The notes under the pieces were generated by a model that was not told the DNA's origin, did no database searches, and saw only the letters and a program-made list of their open reading frames with translations. This document shows positions 1 through 10,579 of a DNA stretch of 64,000 nucleotides, piece by piece. Position numbers and translations under genes: made by a program. The DNA comes from a virus (taxonomy: Duplodnaviria > Caudoviricetes), in IMG/VR virus record IMGVR_UViG_3300031908_000001, positions 32,001 to 96,000 of that record; one strand, written 5' to 3'. Position 1 is the first letter of the stretch. The number at the start of each line of letters is the position of its first letter.

Positions 1-320
1 AATTTAAAACTTTTTCCAAAATTGCCGGTGAAATTTATATCAACCGGAACAAAAGTTGTTGAACTTAATGCTGTAATTCCTCCGGCGCTCTTTTTAATGT
101 TTGTAATTTCAGTCTCCATGTATCTCATACTAGATGGCATTATTGGAAAAGAAAAGTAATCAACCACATCTCCCCTTGAATTAGTTAATTCTAAAGCGCA
201 CCAATAATATTCAAAATCATTTGGAAACAATGCATTTACTGTTGCTTTACCGACTTGGTTTAATAAATCTGTATACCTTCTAAGTGGACCTGATTGAACT
301 ACGTCTGAAAATAATGCCAT
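1..320 (-). CDS. virion/baseplate-region protein (partial, runs off window start)
   Basis: ATG at 320 opens MALFSDVVQSGPLRRYTDLLNQVGK...YFSFPIMPSSM; frame open to base 1; follows the baseplate genes. Confidence 0.6.
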   Translation of the reverse strand, partial: MALFSDVVQSGPLRRYTDLLNQVGKATVNALFPNDFEYYWCALELTNSRGDVVDYFSFPIMPSSMRYMETEITNIKKSAGGITALSSTTFVPVDINFTGNFGKSFK

Positions 321-332
321 ATTACTTATTAA

Positions 333-569
333 TTAACTTATTTGTCCTGTTCCCGACGCTGTTGTTATACCGGTTTGAGCTACAGCACTTCCTGTTGTTG
401 CCACAGGTATTCCTGGAAGAACTGTCACTGTTGCGCTTGTTATAGCTGAAACTATCACCGATGTTAGCTTGGTAGCAAAATCTTCTTTGGCTAATTTTGG
501 ATCTAGTTGTGCAGAACTATCTAGCAGATTCAAAATTTCTTGCTTTATTTGTGCTGGATTAATTGCCAT
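333..569 (-). CDS. small baseplate/spike-associated protein
   Basis: 78 aa, Thr/Gly-rich C-terminus; directly after the spike-like gene. Confidence 0.45.
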   Translation of the reverse strand: MAINPAQIKQEILNLLDSSAQLDPKLAKEDFATKLTSVIVSAITSATVTVLPGIPVATTGSAVAQTGITTASGTGQIS

Positions 570-570
570 T

Positions 571-1455
571 TTATTCTAAGAAAGATTTAGTCGATTTTAA
601 TTTATCTAATTTTTGTTTCAGTATAGTATATTGAGCTTGACCCAGAAGTGGATAAGGGCCGGCACTTTCTTTTGCCAACTGATCTAATAAATCACTTATA
701 AGTTGAATAGTGGTATTGCCCAATAACATTGGCTCATTGCCGGAATTATGAATTATCTTTTTAGATGTTATATTAATCTCTCCGTCTTTTGCAATTATAC
801 TATTTTGATATTCATCTTTGTATTTAAAACCCTCCCCCTTAACATAAGTCAAAGTTGTTATTTTATCATCTTTACTTATGTCGGAAATTTCAAAATTTAA
901 TTTTTTAGTTGTTTTAATATTTAAAGAATCTGTACAATAAATTTCCCCACTTCCATTTATGAAAATTTTTAATTGACCCGTCTTGTTTTTATTATTTATG
1001 GTAATATTTAATAATCCGCCCTCTTCTTTGTCTGAATTAAGAGATATTAATAAATTACCTGACCCACCATCGCCGGTTATATCAACACTATTGCTTCCAA
1101 ATGTTTTATTTAACTTAAATTTCTTTTCATTTAAAAAAAATGTTTCATCATTTTTTGATAAAACTGCAACAATTACAACCTGATTATAGGGCTCTATATT
1201 AACCCAAATAACAGGACTACCTATGCCGCCACCAGATTCAGGAAATTCTATATTTTGAATTGCAGATTTATCAATAGGTACATCTTTAAAAAACTCATTA
1301 TTTTCAGTCAATAAACACACCCTATTCATTCTATAACATTGTTGAATGAACTGTTCTCTATCCACTTCCGTCGGAATAGTAATATAAGCTGACCCAGAAG
1401 TATATCTTGGAGATGATGGTGATTGTTTTCCAGCCGATGCTTTTTCTATTATCAT
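571..1455 (-). CDS. baseplate central spike (gpV/gp5-like) protein
   Basis: N-terminal OB-like segment (FPESGGGIGSPVIWV), then repetitive beta-strand region and EPMLLGN tail; follows the hub gene. Confidence 0.6.
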   Translation of the reverse strand: MIIEKASAGKQSPSSPRYTSGSAYITIPTEVDREQFIQQCYRMNRVCLLTENNEFFKDVPIDKSAIQNIEFPESGGGIGSPVIWVNIEPYNQVVIVAVLSKNDETFFLNEKKFKLNKTFGSNSVDITGDGGSGNLLISLNSDKEEGGLLNITINNKNKTGQLKIFINGSGEIYCTDSLNIKTTKKLNFEISDISKDDKITTLTYVKGEGFKYKDEYQNSIIAKDGEINITSKKIIHNSGNEPMLLGNTTIQLISDLLDQLAKESAGPYPLLGQAQYTILKQKLDKLKSTKSFLE

Positions 1456-1474
1456 TAAGTAAATATAGTCATTT

Positions 1475-3778
1475 TTAACGAAATTGTTTTCTGGCTAGGA
1501 AGAAATTAAGAACTTTTTGATTTATGCCCCAATCCTTTAGCACATTAGTATTTACTGTAGTATTCCCTTCACTTCTAACTATGAAAAATTCTTCCAACAA
1601 ATTGGTTCTCATAATATCAAAATAACTTACAAAAACCTGCTCTCCTTCAATTAAAATATTTCTGCCCTTAACATATTCTTCCACCATTCCCCTGCTTACT
1701 TGAAGCGTGGTTACTCTATCAATTACTTGATCTGATATTGCATATGAATTACTTACAGCATCAACATAATATATCTCTCCAGTTCCCTTGTGCCTTATTG
1801 TTGTGCCCCTTTTTATTCTTCTATCCCCATTAATAGTAATAGATCCCTTTCTTGTAAATGGAAGATAAATTTTTGAATCAATGACAAACTTTAAATCATA
1901 AAATACTTGCTTCTCTAAATAATTTAATGAATCTTTTTGTTGAGCCCCAACTATAGGAGAATATGGTACATAATTTGAAACAATGTCATAAGGCTTTGCG
2001 CCATATATATCAACCAACTCAGGTATATAGATTGCTGGGAGGAAAGCAAGTGTCATTTCGGAACCAGCGCCAAAAAAAACAGATTGTGGAGTTAATCTAT
2101 ACCAGGTATAAACCTCTTCATCGTTAAACATCAACTGCTCTTGAAGTATGTCTAATTCCTCAATGTCAATGCATGTTGAATTTGTTCCAATTTCATCAAT
2201 CTTGATCTCTTTTCTGCTATCATTTATTGCAAATCCCCTACTATCAAAATTATTGCCCTGGTAATTTATATTTGCCTCTTCATTCTTTACATCTCCATAA
2301 ATTAATGCCCTAAATAGTTTAGCATTGAATGGCGGTTGCCTTACTTGAAAATAAAATTGATCTCCTATAGTATCTGTATAAAATTCTGCAAAAGGTTCTT
2401 GAACCAATTTTTTAATCGAATTAAGAATACTGCCCTGCTCCTGAGCTATGGAGCTATCTACTATTCTTCTACTTGCTACACTATCATCAATTATTAACTT
2501 AATAATTTGCCAAATTCCCCTCATTAATTGCTCTTTAAATGGGGCCTGGGTTTGATTTAAATTATCTCCAGAATTATCCAATCTAAATTGAGTACTTCTA
2601 TTTGTATAAGCTGAAAACAATTCATCTGGGATTATGGAAATATTGGCCAACTGATTTACTATAAATTGCAAAGAAAAACTTATAGATCTCTCAATGTATG
2701 CATTCAATGTCAATAAATTCCCCGACGCTATACTTCTTTGCACCAGATCAGTTCTATTTTTATTATCTCCTGTATTGTAAAAAACCCCCTGTGCAAATTC
2801 TAATGGAAAGAAATAACTACCATCTTCTATCAATACTTTTATTAGATCTCTTCCACTAACACTTATTCCCACATCATTTGACTCTGGACTGAAAGATATA
2901 CTATTAAGATCCACTAATCCAATCATATCGTAAATTTGATTGGGAAGGTCTTGCGGAGATATGATAAAATTATTATTTTTCTTTATTCTTTTTTCTGCCT
3001 CTATTTCAAGAGTTTCAAATCTGATAAAAATCAGATCATTTGCATTTATTACATTATGAAAGAAAAATTGATTTCTTTTTAACTTTCCATTTTTAGTCTT
3101 ATGTATTCCTGCCTCGGACACATAACTGTCTCTTAAATTTCCAGCATTATATTGCTTAATGGATGCCGGCGTTATTATCCAACTTCCATCATCACCTATT
3201 TCACATACAAGTGGTGATAACGACAAATCCCAATTGCCCCCATTTTCAGCAACATTTGTATTTATATTCTGAATGAATGGAGACAAATCTATTATTGTAC
3301 CATTTAAATTGTTTTCATTTGTTAAGGCTCTGCACCACATCCATACAGTAACATTGGGATACATGTCCTTTGAATCCCCCAATGTTGCATCATTTGACTT
3401 ATTTATCTGCACATATTTTTGATCCTTTAATAGTCTATCTAGCTCCCTGGCCATAAAAGCTCTTACAGAATCATTTTTTACCAAAAAATTACCCTGGGTA
3501 AACAATACATCTCTATTTAAATTATCTTTTGGAACTGCAACCATTGTTCCATATTTTATCAATAAATCTCCCGCCGGCTTATTTTTATTATCTTTCTCCT
3601 CTTCTAAAGTATATCTTTCAAATATTCTATCTTTATTTGTTACCCCATTATCATCTTTATAATTTAAAAGTTGAGATGGAGTAAAGTTTTTAATTAATGC
3701 AAAATCAGTCTGAATAATAAAATTTGCTAAATCTTTTATCTCTGGCTTATCATGTGTGACATAAATATAGTTTGCCAT
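1475..3778 (-). CDS. baseplate hub protein (gpD/gp27-like)
   Basis: 767 aa after the tape measure; SVSGRDL, EPFAEFY...RQPPF and GSITINGDRRIKRG...YYVDAVS...TTLQVSRG segments typical of myovirus hubs. Confidence 0.7.
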   Translation of the reverse strand: MANYIYVTHDKPEIKDLANFIIQTDFALIKNFTPSQLLNYKDDNGVTNKDRIFERYTLEEEKDNKNKPAGDLLIKYGTMVAVPKDNLNRDVLFTQGNFLVKNDSVRAFMARELDRLLKDQKYVQINKSNDATLGDSKDMYPNVTVWMWCRALTNENNLNGTIIDLSPFIQNINTNVAENGGNWDLSLSPLVCEIGDDGSWIITPASIKQYNAGNLRDSYVSEAGIHKTKNGKLKRNQFFFHNVINANDLIFIRFETLEIEAEKRIKKNNNFIISPQDLPNQIYDMIGLVDLNSISFSPESNDVGISVSGRDLIKVLIEDGSYFFPLEFAQGVFYNTGDNKNRTDLVQRSIASGNLLTLNAYIERSISFSLQFIVNQLANISIIPDELFSAYTNRSTQFRLDNSGDNLNQTQAPFKEQLMRGIWQIIKLIIDDSVASRRIVDSSIAQEQGSILNSIKKLVQEPFAEFYTDTIGDQFYFQVRQPPFNAKLFRALIYGDVKNEEANINYQGNNFDSRGFAINDSRKEIKIDEIGTNSTCIDIEELDILQEQLMFNDEEVYTWYRLTPQSVFFGAGSEMTLAFLPAIYIPELVDIYGAKPYDIVSNYVPYSPIVGAQQKDSLNYLEKQVFYDLKFVIDSKIYLPFTRKGSITINGDRRIKRGTTIRHKGTGEIYYVDAVSNSYAISDQVIDRVTTLQVSRGMVEEYVKGRNILIEGEQVFVSYFDIMRTNLLEEFFIVRSEGNTTVNTNVLKDWGINQKVLNFFLARKQFR

Positions 3779-5770
3779 TTATTTTGTTTTTTTAGGTACA
3801 TAAGTTGGATTTACAGATGGTGCGCTTGAGGAATTAAACCAGCTTCCAATTCTAGCCAATCCTGCCTGTAATGTTTGTAAATCACCCTCTATTGACTTAT
3901 TAAATTTTTCAATTGGACCATCTACAAAGAAGCCCTTAAAATCTATTTTATTAAAAGTTTCTTTTATAGCATCTCCCGTAGCTTTCGCAATATCTTTCCC
4001 CATGCTGGTAGCGCCTGAAAGAAGGCCATCATCCTCTATTTTATTAATATATTTCTCACCCTTGTTTACTAAGCCTTCTCCAAGTGGAGCAACTCTATTT
4101 GTCATCTTAGCCGTCAATCTATCAATACTTCCTGTCATTCTAGTTCCGCCTTCAACAAATTGAGAGTCTTGCGTTAATCCATATTTTTTAAATAGTTCAT
4201 TTCTTGATGCTATGTCTGCAAAAGGGTCTTTGCCCTCATTCATTCCTTTTTGATATGAATCGAACAATGCCCCCGATTGATTGGCCGACAATCCAAACAT
4301 TTCTTTTAACATTATTTTTTTATTGCCGGAACTGCCTCCTCTATTGGTTAAATCTTTCATAACCTGAGATAGCGTTCCTTCACCAAAAATTCCCTCTTCT
4401 TGCTTCTTCTGTAGGTCGAAAAGATCGGCATCAGGGTTAAGTTTTCTTAAAGCAGAATAAACCATTGCTTGCTTAAAATCGTTTCCAGGATTAACTATTG
4501 CATTATTCATTGTGCTAATTCTTTCACCTGCGGTTACTGGATTTGCGAAAGTTCCACCTAGTCTCTGGAAGGAGGCTATGACGGATGCATTTGAATTGGT
4601 ATTTACGCTTTCAAGCCTCTTAGACTGATCCTGCATTATGGTAGTCTGAATATGCATAAATTCTTCTAATGAGGCCATATCTTTCCCAGATGCACCAAAT
4701 GCCCCCTCTTGTTTTAAGTATTTAATTAAATTTTGTATATCGCCGGCCGTATCTCTTCTGTTGCTATCTAATCTTTGTAATTTATCAAATCCAAGCAAAG
4801 ACCCATCACTTACTCCATACATTTGCTTAGTCCCCTGCAATCTTAATGCAGCACCCTGAACACTATCTGAAAATCTACCCATTCCGAGGGCATACGCTTC
4901 TGTAGAATATCCACGATTCTTTGCCATCTGAGCGGAAAAATTCATAAATTCTGCTTGATCGACTCCCATTCCTGCTGCCGGTTTTCCAATATCAATGTTT
5001 GGATTACCAGATATTCTTCCTAATGTAAGTCTACTTTCCTGAAGTCTTGATCCCTCCTGAATTAATTTATTTGCTATAGTAGATATGCCCTGACCAATCA
5101 TTGGTATTATAGCAAATGCTGCTGCTGCCATTGCCAATTCATTGCCTTGTGTCGCTATCTGAGCACCATTGTTGAATGCACCAGATGCACTGCCTCCACT
5201 TTTTCTTTTTTCATTTGATTCTGATTCCTTTTTCTCTGCCTTATCTCCTCTCTTATTTGAATTTTTAAATTCTTCTTCTGGATCTATTTCCTTCTTTTTG
5301 CCGCCGAATATTCTTGAAAAAAATGATTGCGTCTTATTTTCTTGGATGTTCTCATCTTTTATCTCCTCTTTTGCAGAAGTTTTAATAGCTTCTACAATCT
5401 CTTTAAGATATTTAACCTGAAGATTGTCTTCTGAAGATTCTTGATTTATATTAGAAAGATCAGATTTATATTTTTTAGCAATCTCATCTCTTTCTATTTT
5501 TGTCTTTGCTGCACTAGATTGAGATTGATAAGCTTTAGATGCTTCAATTTTTCTACCTTCTGTTTCTAGTCTATTTCTTTTATCTATTAAGGCAATCTGT
5601 TCTGACAGGTATTTATTCTGCTCCTTGGCGGAACTAGAATATTTGATTGCATCTGCAATTAAATCTTTGGAAAGATCTTTAGCAGATCTCCTTAATTTAT
5701 CCATTAAGGAAACTACACCATTATCCTGTGCTTCAAATTGTACTCTTTTTGTAGATGAACCTGAACCCAT
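3779..5770 (-). CDS. tail tape measure protein
   Basis: 663 aa helical Ala/Gly/Ser/Lys-rich protein between tail chaperones and hub. Confidence 0.75.
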   Translation of the reverse strand: MGSGSSTKRVQFEAQDNGVVSLMDKLRRSAKDLSKDLIADAIKYSSSAKEQNKYLSEQIALIDKRNRLETEGRKIEASKAYQSQSSAAKTKIERDEIAKKYKSDLSNINQESSEDNLQVKYLKEIVEAIKTSAKEEIKDENIQENKTQSFFSRIFGGKKKEIDPEEEFKNSNKRGDKAEKKESESNEKRKSGGSASGAFNNGAQIATQGNELAMAAAAFAIIPMIGQGISTIANKLIQEGSRLQESRLTLGRISGNPNIDIGKPAAGMGVDQAEFMNFSAQMAKNRGYSTEAYALGMGRFSDSVQGAALRLQGTKQMYGVSDGSLLGFDKLQRLDSNRRDTAGDIQNLIKYLKQEGAFGASGKDMASLEEFMHIQTTIMQDQSKRLESVNTNSNASVIASFQRLGGTFANPVTAGERISTMNNAIVNPGNDFKQAMVYSALRKLNPDADLFDLQKKQEEGIFGEGTLSQVMKDLTNRGGSSGNKKIMLKEMFGLSANQSGALFDSYQKGMNEGKDPFADIASRNELFKKYGLTQDSQFVEGGTRMTGSIDRLTAKMTNRVAPLGEGLVNKGEKYINKIEDDGLLSGATSMGKDIAKATGDAIKETFNKIDFKGFFVDGPIEKFNKSIEGDLQTLQAGLARIGSWFNSSSAPSVNPTYVPKKTK

Positions 5771-5783
5771 TTATTAAGTTGTT

Positions 5784-6140
5784 TTAATCAAATTTTATGT
5801 TATCATCAAAAGCATTCAGATCAATATTATCAAACCGCTCCATTTTTTCTTCTTCCTTAATTTCACTCATCTTTAGCCATTCGCCCGTTTTTTCATATTC
5901 TTTTTTACCACTTTCAAAATCTTCTATATCCTGAAAATATTTTTTAAACATGTTCTCCTCCTCAATCTCAATTTTCATATCAATCAAACACATTTCTCTA
6001 TGTTCACTTGAACCAAAAGAAATATTTCTCTTAAGTCTCCAAATTCTATCAACTGGATATTTATTATTCCAGGAAATGATAAAAGATTTAAGTGACTTAA
6101 GAGAATTATCTTTGTAATTTTTTAATTTTAATTGAGGCAT
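5784..6140 (-). CDS. tail assembly chaperone-like protein
   Basis: Between chaperone and TMP; TAATG overlap with upstream gene. Confidence 0.5.
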   Translation of the reverse strand: MPQLKLKNYKDNSLKSLKSFIISWNNKYPVDRIWRLKRNISFGSSEHREMCLIDMKIEIEEENMFKKYFQDIEDFESGKKEYEKTGEWLKMSEIKEEEKMERFDNIDLNAFDDNIKFD

Positions 6141-6517
6141 TAGTTGCTCTCCTTAATCTCCTCCTCTTCCTCTCTTGAATTTATAACTTTGTCCCATTCT
6201 TCAAACCAAGGAAGAAATTCTTCCTTATAAGCCTTAAGAAGCGGCTTTGCTTCTATCGGAGACAATTCTAAAATGGAATTATATCCCTGAAGATTATCCT
6301 TTAATTTGGGTATAAGAGTAATAAAATATGCAAGCATATCTATTAAATCCAATGCATATACTGAGTTATGATTATTCATTAAAGATAATGACCCATACAT
6401 ATTATTTGCCAGGGCCGCTTTCTTTGTTTCAATATCTAACAATTCTCCTATGTTCGGATATTTAACCTCATAAGACTGTTCTCCTATGTTAACTTTTACT
6501 GTTTTGCTTAATGCCAT
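6140..6517 (-). CDS. tail assembly chaperone
   Basis: 125 aa after the tail tube; VKYPNIGELLDIE motif, acidic C-terminus. Confidence 0.6.
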   Translation of the reverse strand: MALSKTVKVNIGEQSYEVKYPNIGELLDIETKKAALANNMYGSLSLMNNHNSVYALDLIDMLAYFITLIPKLKDNLQGYNSILELSPIEAKPLLKAYKEEFLPWFEEWDKVINSREEEEEIKESN

Positions 6518-6589
6518 TAATTTAAATTTTAAGTTACTTAATAAGTAAATATAGTCATTTTTAAAATGATTTAATAACTTATGTATAAA

Positions 6590-6617
6590 GAAAAAGGGCC
6601 TCAGAAAGACCCTTTTT
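6590..6617 (-). terminator. intrinsic terminator after tail tube gene
   Basis: Minus strand AAAAAGGGTC-TTTCTGA-GGCCCTTTT hairpin with T tract. Confidence 0.7.
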
Positions 6618-6657
6618 AAAATTTATCAACTTAAACCTAAAATTTATGCAAAATTTC

Positions 6658-7137
6658 TTATTTTGGAAAGATTACTGGTTCTGTAAAAACAAAACTTTGA
6701 TTGTGAGTAGCTACTTGCCCCTCTGAAATGCTCAAACTTTCATTGTTAGAGTATACACCCTTTATTATAGCTATCGGCTTTAATTTTGGCCTTGGTATAC
6801 CTCTTTCATCTATAACATCTGTTATCTTTCGGAAGATGTCCAACTGTATACCCTCTTCTTGTAAGGTAAGATAGTCTTCATATTCATTTGCTGTCTGAAC
6901 ATCTCTTCTGACTGAGCCTTTTGCTCTGGCCGTTTCCCAATCAATAAAATAATATGTGCATGACACAGATCCTGAGTGAGCAACAACTGGCTTTTCTTGA
7001 GAAAAAATTGTTCCAAGCCCCCTTACATCTGCTCTTTGTAGATCTTCTGTAACGGAGATGTCTCTCATTTTACCTATCACTTGACCCTTTACTCGAACCA
7101 GGGCGATTGCACCTGTGACCACTTCATTTTTTGACAT
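6658..7137 (-). CDS. tail tube protein
   Basis: 159 aa beta-rich protein immediately after sheath (VTGAIALVRVKGQVIG...VRGLG). Confidence 0.8.
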   Translation of the reverse strand: MSKNEVVTGAIALVRVKGQVIGKMRDISVTEDLQRADVRGLGTIFSQEKPVVAHSGSVSCTYYFIDWETARAKGSVRRDVQTANEYEDYLTLQEEGIQLDIFRKITDVIDERGIPRPKLKPIAIIKGVYSNNESLSISEGQVATHNQSFVFTEPVIFPK

Positions 7138-7172
7138 TATATTTTAATTATTTAATTCGTTATTAATTTATT

Positions 7173-8807
7173 TTAATTTTCTAAAACGAAGCCAGTAAAG
7201 AATAATTTATTGATAGCAAAATTTGGAACTATGCCATAACTAACTTCATATGAATCTTGAACAGTTTTAACAGTTATATTTTCAAATCTTAAAATAAGAT
7301 TATCTGCCTGATTTGTGGCTACTCTTAATGAAAGGAATCCTTGAAGCCATGCTATAACATCTTGCTCAGTTAATGTATTCCTATTAACTCCGTTTTCCTG
7401 ACCCAACAATTGCTTCTTAGCATTTATAACTATTTCAGCATTTATCTGGGCAATGATACGATTTAAAGAAACAGAATAAGATGTTCCATTATCATTTACA
7501 ATATTGTCATTAGTTTGTAATGAATTAATATCCTGATTAATAATAAAGGCTCCAAAATCTGCATCAAAAGTTGTATGAAGTACACCAGAATCCAATGCCG
7601 CTTCTCTTTCTTTTTGAGTCATTATATGCCTATCACCATCCATTTGTATGGCCTTAAATGTACCAGGAACCTGAGGAGCTAATCCAGCTATTCTTCCAAG
7701 AACCTGAGCTGCTTTATATATTGATGGCCTGTCCTTAAATCCAGATCCAGTTCTTATTGCTTGCTTTATACCAGCATGAACAACTACAACCTTTTCAGAA
7801 TTATAATAAGCGGCGGTGTCTGTAGAACTATTTGTTCCGGTAAATGCATCCTTATCATCTCCACCACCAACTACCATAAATTTTGTAAATTTAGCTTCAT
7901 TAACCAAATGAGCTAAAATTTTAGTATTAGCAGCAGATTGAGCATTAGCCGCCCACTGATCAGCTAAAATGAATGTATAATATTCTTCCTTTATTGCATC
8001 AAGAACAAGATCAAGATCACTTGAATTGTATGTCTCTGTTCCACCTGTCGCTAAAACCTGAGATACATTTGCAGCTAAGTCTGCTGAATTAACCGCGCCC
8101 GTTCCTGCAACAGATGAGGAATCTAATTTAAAATAACTATTGAATGTGGAATCATTAGTCATCCAAGTAATCAATGTACTGATGTTATTGAATTCAACAC
8201 TTCTAGCAATCAATGTTGGAAGGGAATCTGCTTGTGTGGCTTCATAAGGATCATTTTCAGGGTCTAAACCTCTATAGGTTCCAACGTAGAAATCAATTTT
8301 AAATTTAGCAGTATCTTTTATGCCAGCAGTCATTTTTGCAGCATATCCTTTTCTTAATATAGAAGAAGTTGCCGACCCATTTCCTATTAACCCCTCATCT
8401 TTTACTTTGATAACAAATTCTCCACCATTTGCACCACCACCAGTAAATGTATAGCTTATTTCAGCACATGCGGTTGTTGCAGCACGAACATAAGTTATTT
8501 TAGAAACACCTGGGGAGGCCAGACCATTTGGCTTAAATAGTGGTTCTGCCAGGAGCCAGTGCAATCCACCCTTAACAAAAGATCTAAAATCATCAATATT
8601 GTCAAAATTATAAATCGACTCCTTCATTGTTGCAAGCTCTCCAGATATTCCAGCCCCTCCTCCAAATGCAGCATTTGAACCAGTATCTATAATACATATA
8701 TTTCCATAAGGAAGATTTAATGGTGGATTCTTAATCCCACTTTTTATTTGTGAATAGGCTCCAGGTTCTTTTATTATCTTGCCGCCAAAGAATGTCGATT
8801 TGCTCAT
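7173..8807 (-). CDS. contractile tail sheath protein
   Basis: 544 aa; N-terminal FFGGKIIKEPGAYS, AAQVLGRIAG...TFK, C-terminal PNFAINKLFFT. Confidence 0.9.
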   Translation of the reverse strand: MSKSTFFGGKIIKEPGAYSQIKSGIKNPPLNLPYGNICIIDTGSNAAFGGGAGISGELATMKESIYNFDNIDDFRSFVKGGLHWLLAEPLFKPNGLASPGVSKITYVRAATTACAEISYTFTGGGANGGEFVIKVKDEGLIGNGSATSSILRKGYAAKMTAGIKDTAKFKIDFYVGTYRGLDPENDPYEATQADSLPTLIARSVEFNNISTLITWMTNDSTFNSYFKLDSSSVAGTGAVNSADLAANVSQVLATGGTETYNSSDLDLVLDAIKEEYYTFILADQWAANAQSAANTKILAHLVNEAKFTKFMVVGGGDDKDAFTGTNSSTDTAAYYNSEKVVVVHAGIKQAIRTGSGFKDRPSIYKAAQVLGRIAGLAPQVPGTFKAIQMDGDRHIMTQKEREAALDSGVLHTTFDADFGAFIINQDINSLQTNDNIVNDNGTSYSVSLNRIIAQINAEIVINAKKQLLGQENGVNRNTLTEQDVIAWLQGFLSLRVATNQADNLILRFENITVKTVQDSYEVSYGIVPNFAINKLFFTGFVLEN

Positions 8808-8848
8808 TAATTATATAATTAATATTTATTGATAAAAATAATGAAAAT

Positions 8849-9106
8849 TTATGACAAATTAAAAATGTTTTTTAAATTATTTGAAATTTTGACATCTAAT
8901 TTTTGCAATTTTAATAATTCCACCCATTCTTTAAATGTATGAGTTTCATTTGCAAATCTTTTTTCTACAAAAAAAAGATCTCTGCTATTCAAATCTGTTA
9001 ATTCACAAAATTCACTTCCAGTAAATTCTTTAATTTCTTGTTGATTTATTACAATTTCTTCCTCATCTATAGGGAGATCTTTTTTGACTTTTTTAATTGA
9101 TTCCAT
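8849..9106 (-). CDS. small virion-module protein
   Basis: 85 aa between tail terminator and sheath, a conserved slot in SPO1/K-like modules. Confidence 0.5.
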   Translation of the reverse strand: MESIKKVKKDLPIDEEEIVINQQEIKEFTGSEFCELTDLNSRDLFFVEKRFANETHTFKEWVELLKLQKLDVKISNNLKNIFNLS

Positions 9107-9803
9107 TGTCTAAAATTATTTTTTCTTTAAAAACTATATCTCTTATTATTGTAGCTGGAATAAGCTGTGGAACTTTTACTTCATAAGAAATTCCAACGCC
9201 CAACATTCTTAAAAATATATGTGCTGGCACCTGCTCTTGATTTATTGTAAGATCCTGGCCAGATAATTTCATTTCGCTAAGTCCCCACGATACTTGAATT
9301 GACTGTTGCATAGAAATTAAGCCAGCTCTCAACACTTCATAAATTAAAAGTGCCTCCAATGGGTTTTGAGAGGTAATTATCAAATTATATTGGGTATCAT
9401 ATCTTCTTGTCATTATTGGAACATATTCGCCTCTTGCATCATTATAATCTGAATCTTGATATCCTTCATCGACCCCAATGCCATCGGCCCCTGGATTTTC
9501 TGATGGGAGAGTAACATGAATAGTGGGTATTGCGGACCTCTTTGCATCAAAAAATAATTTTACATCTATTCCCTCAAGCTCATTTACATCCTGAGTAAAT
9601 ATATGCTTACCCTGATGATAATAGTCATAGTTTCCAATTGTTGTACCTACACCAAATAATTTAAATAAATAAGTATCCTCTTCTTCATTTATTCTAAAAT
9701 CCTCTCTTATCCATTCTAAGAATGTTTTAATAATTTTTTGAAGTCTTATCTGTGGTAAAATTAATGTATCCATTTTTATAAGTTTAAGTATTGTGCCATC
9801 CAA
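9093..9803 (-). CDS. tail terminator/neck protein
   Basis: Synteny; PTIHVTLPSE motif; true start probably ATG 9773 (MDTLIL). Confidence 0.6.
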   Translation of the reverse strand: MDGTILKLIKMDTLILPQIRLQKIIKTFLEWIREDFRINEEEDTYLFKLFGVGTTIGNYDYYHQGKHIFTQDVNELEGIDVKLFFDAKRSAIPTIHVTLPSENPGADGIGVDEGYQDSDYNDARGEYVPIMTRRYDTQYNLIITSQNPLEALLIYEVLRAGLISMQQSIQVSWGLSEMKLSGQDLTINQEQVPAHIFLRMLGVGISYEVKVPQLIPATIIRDIVFKEKIILDNGIN

Positions 9804-10579
9804 ATATTTTGAGCTATTTCAACCTCTCTATCTACGTCAAATTTTGATAAAGCTGAATCTGATATATTTTTTGCAGTTAATCCTGGATATATCCAGCTAT
9901 TTGGATCAGAATTTAAACTAACTCTCCTAAAACTCTTATAAGTATTCTGTCCAGTTACAGAATCTTGAAATTTACTTATGCCCTGATAAATAGAATGCTT
10001 ATTTTCATAAGCTTCAAATTTTTTATCGGCTAATGCTATTTCCGGCCTAACTTTTGGTCTTGACAAGAAGTCTGGAACGTTTTTTAAGTCACTTAAACTT
10101 ATACCGGAAGATCTCTTTCCTTCTCCATTTTGAATATTTGCCGGCTTATCTTTTACAATATCGTATATTTCTACAGGCATTTTTGCTGAAAACATTTCGC
10201 TTTCGCCTACTGCTCCAGGAGTAGCAAATCTAAGTGGAATTGTTATATAAGCTTTTCCATCCTTATCAAATTTTACCTTTGAACTGGCAAGAAATCCGGC
10301 CTTCATATCAAAAGCAGAACAGCCCGATTCAATCATATTTGGAAATTTATTTACCAACATTACTGCACCGGAGAATTTTCCTTCATCTACTACAACCAAA
10401 GATTTTTGATAAATAGATCTAGTTGAATTAAGCTTTCTTCCAGCTTCAGCCATCCACCTTTCATAAAAATTTGAAGTAAGTCTTCTTACGACAAATGTTT
10501 TTAATTTATTTACATCTGCTTGTGTTATGTTTGGATACAATGCAGAAATCTTAGAGCTATCTATTAATATATTTATCAT
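9776..10579 (-). CDS. neck/tail completion protein
   Basis: YITIPLR...TFRRVS-like YKSFRRVSLNSDPNSWIYPG motif of SPO1/K-like neck proteins. Confidence 0.65.
   Translation of the reverse strand: MINILIDSSKISALYPNITQADVNKLKTFVVRRLTSNFYERWMAEAGRKLNSTRSIYQKSLVVVDEGKFSGAVMLVNKFPNMIESGCSAFDMKAGFLASSKVKFDKDGKAYITIPLRFATPGAVGESEMFSAKMPVEIYDIVKDKPANIQNGEGKRSSGISLSDLKNVPDFLSRPKVRPEIALADKKFEAYENKHSIYQGISKFQDSVTGQNTYKSFRRVSLNSDPNSWIYPGLTAKNISDSALSKFDVDREVEIAQNIWMAQYLNL

Noticed and set aside
5784-6517. Programmed frameshift between tail chaperone genes
   Set aside because: I found no convincing slippery heptamer near the first gene's end; the genes are joined by a normal TAATG overlap.
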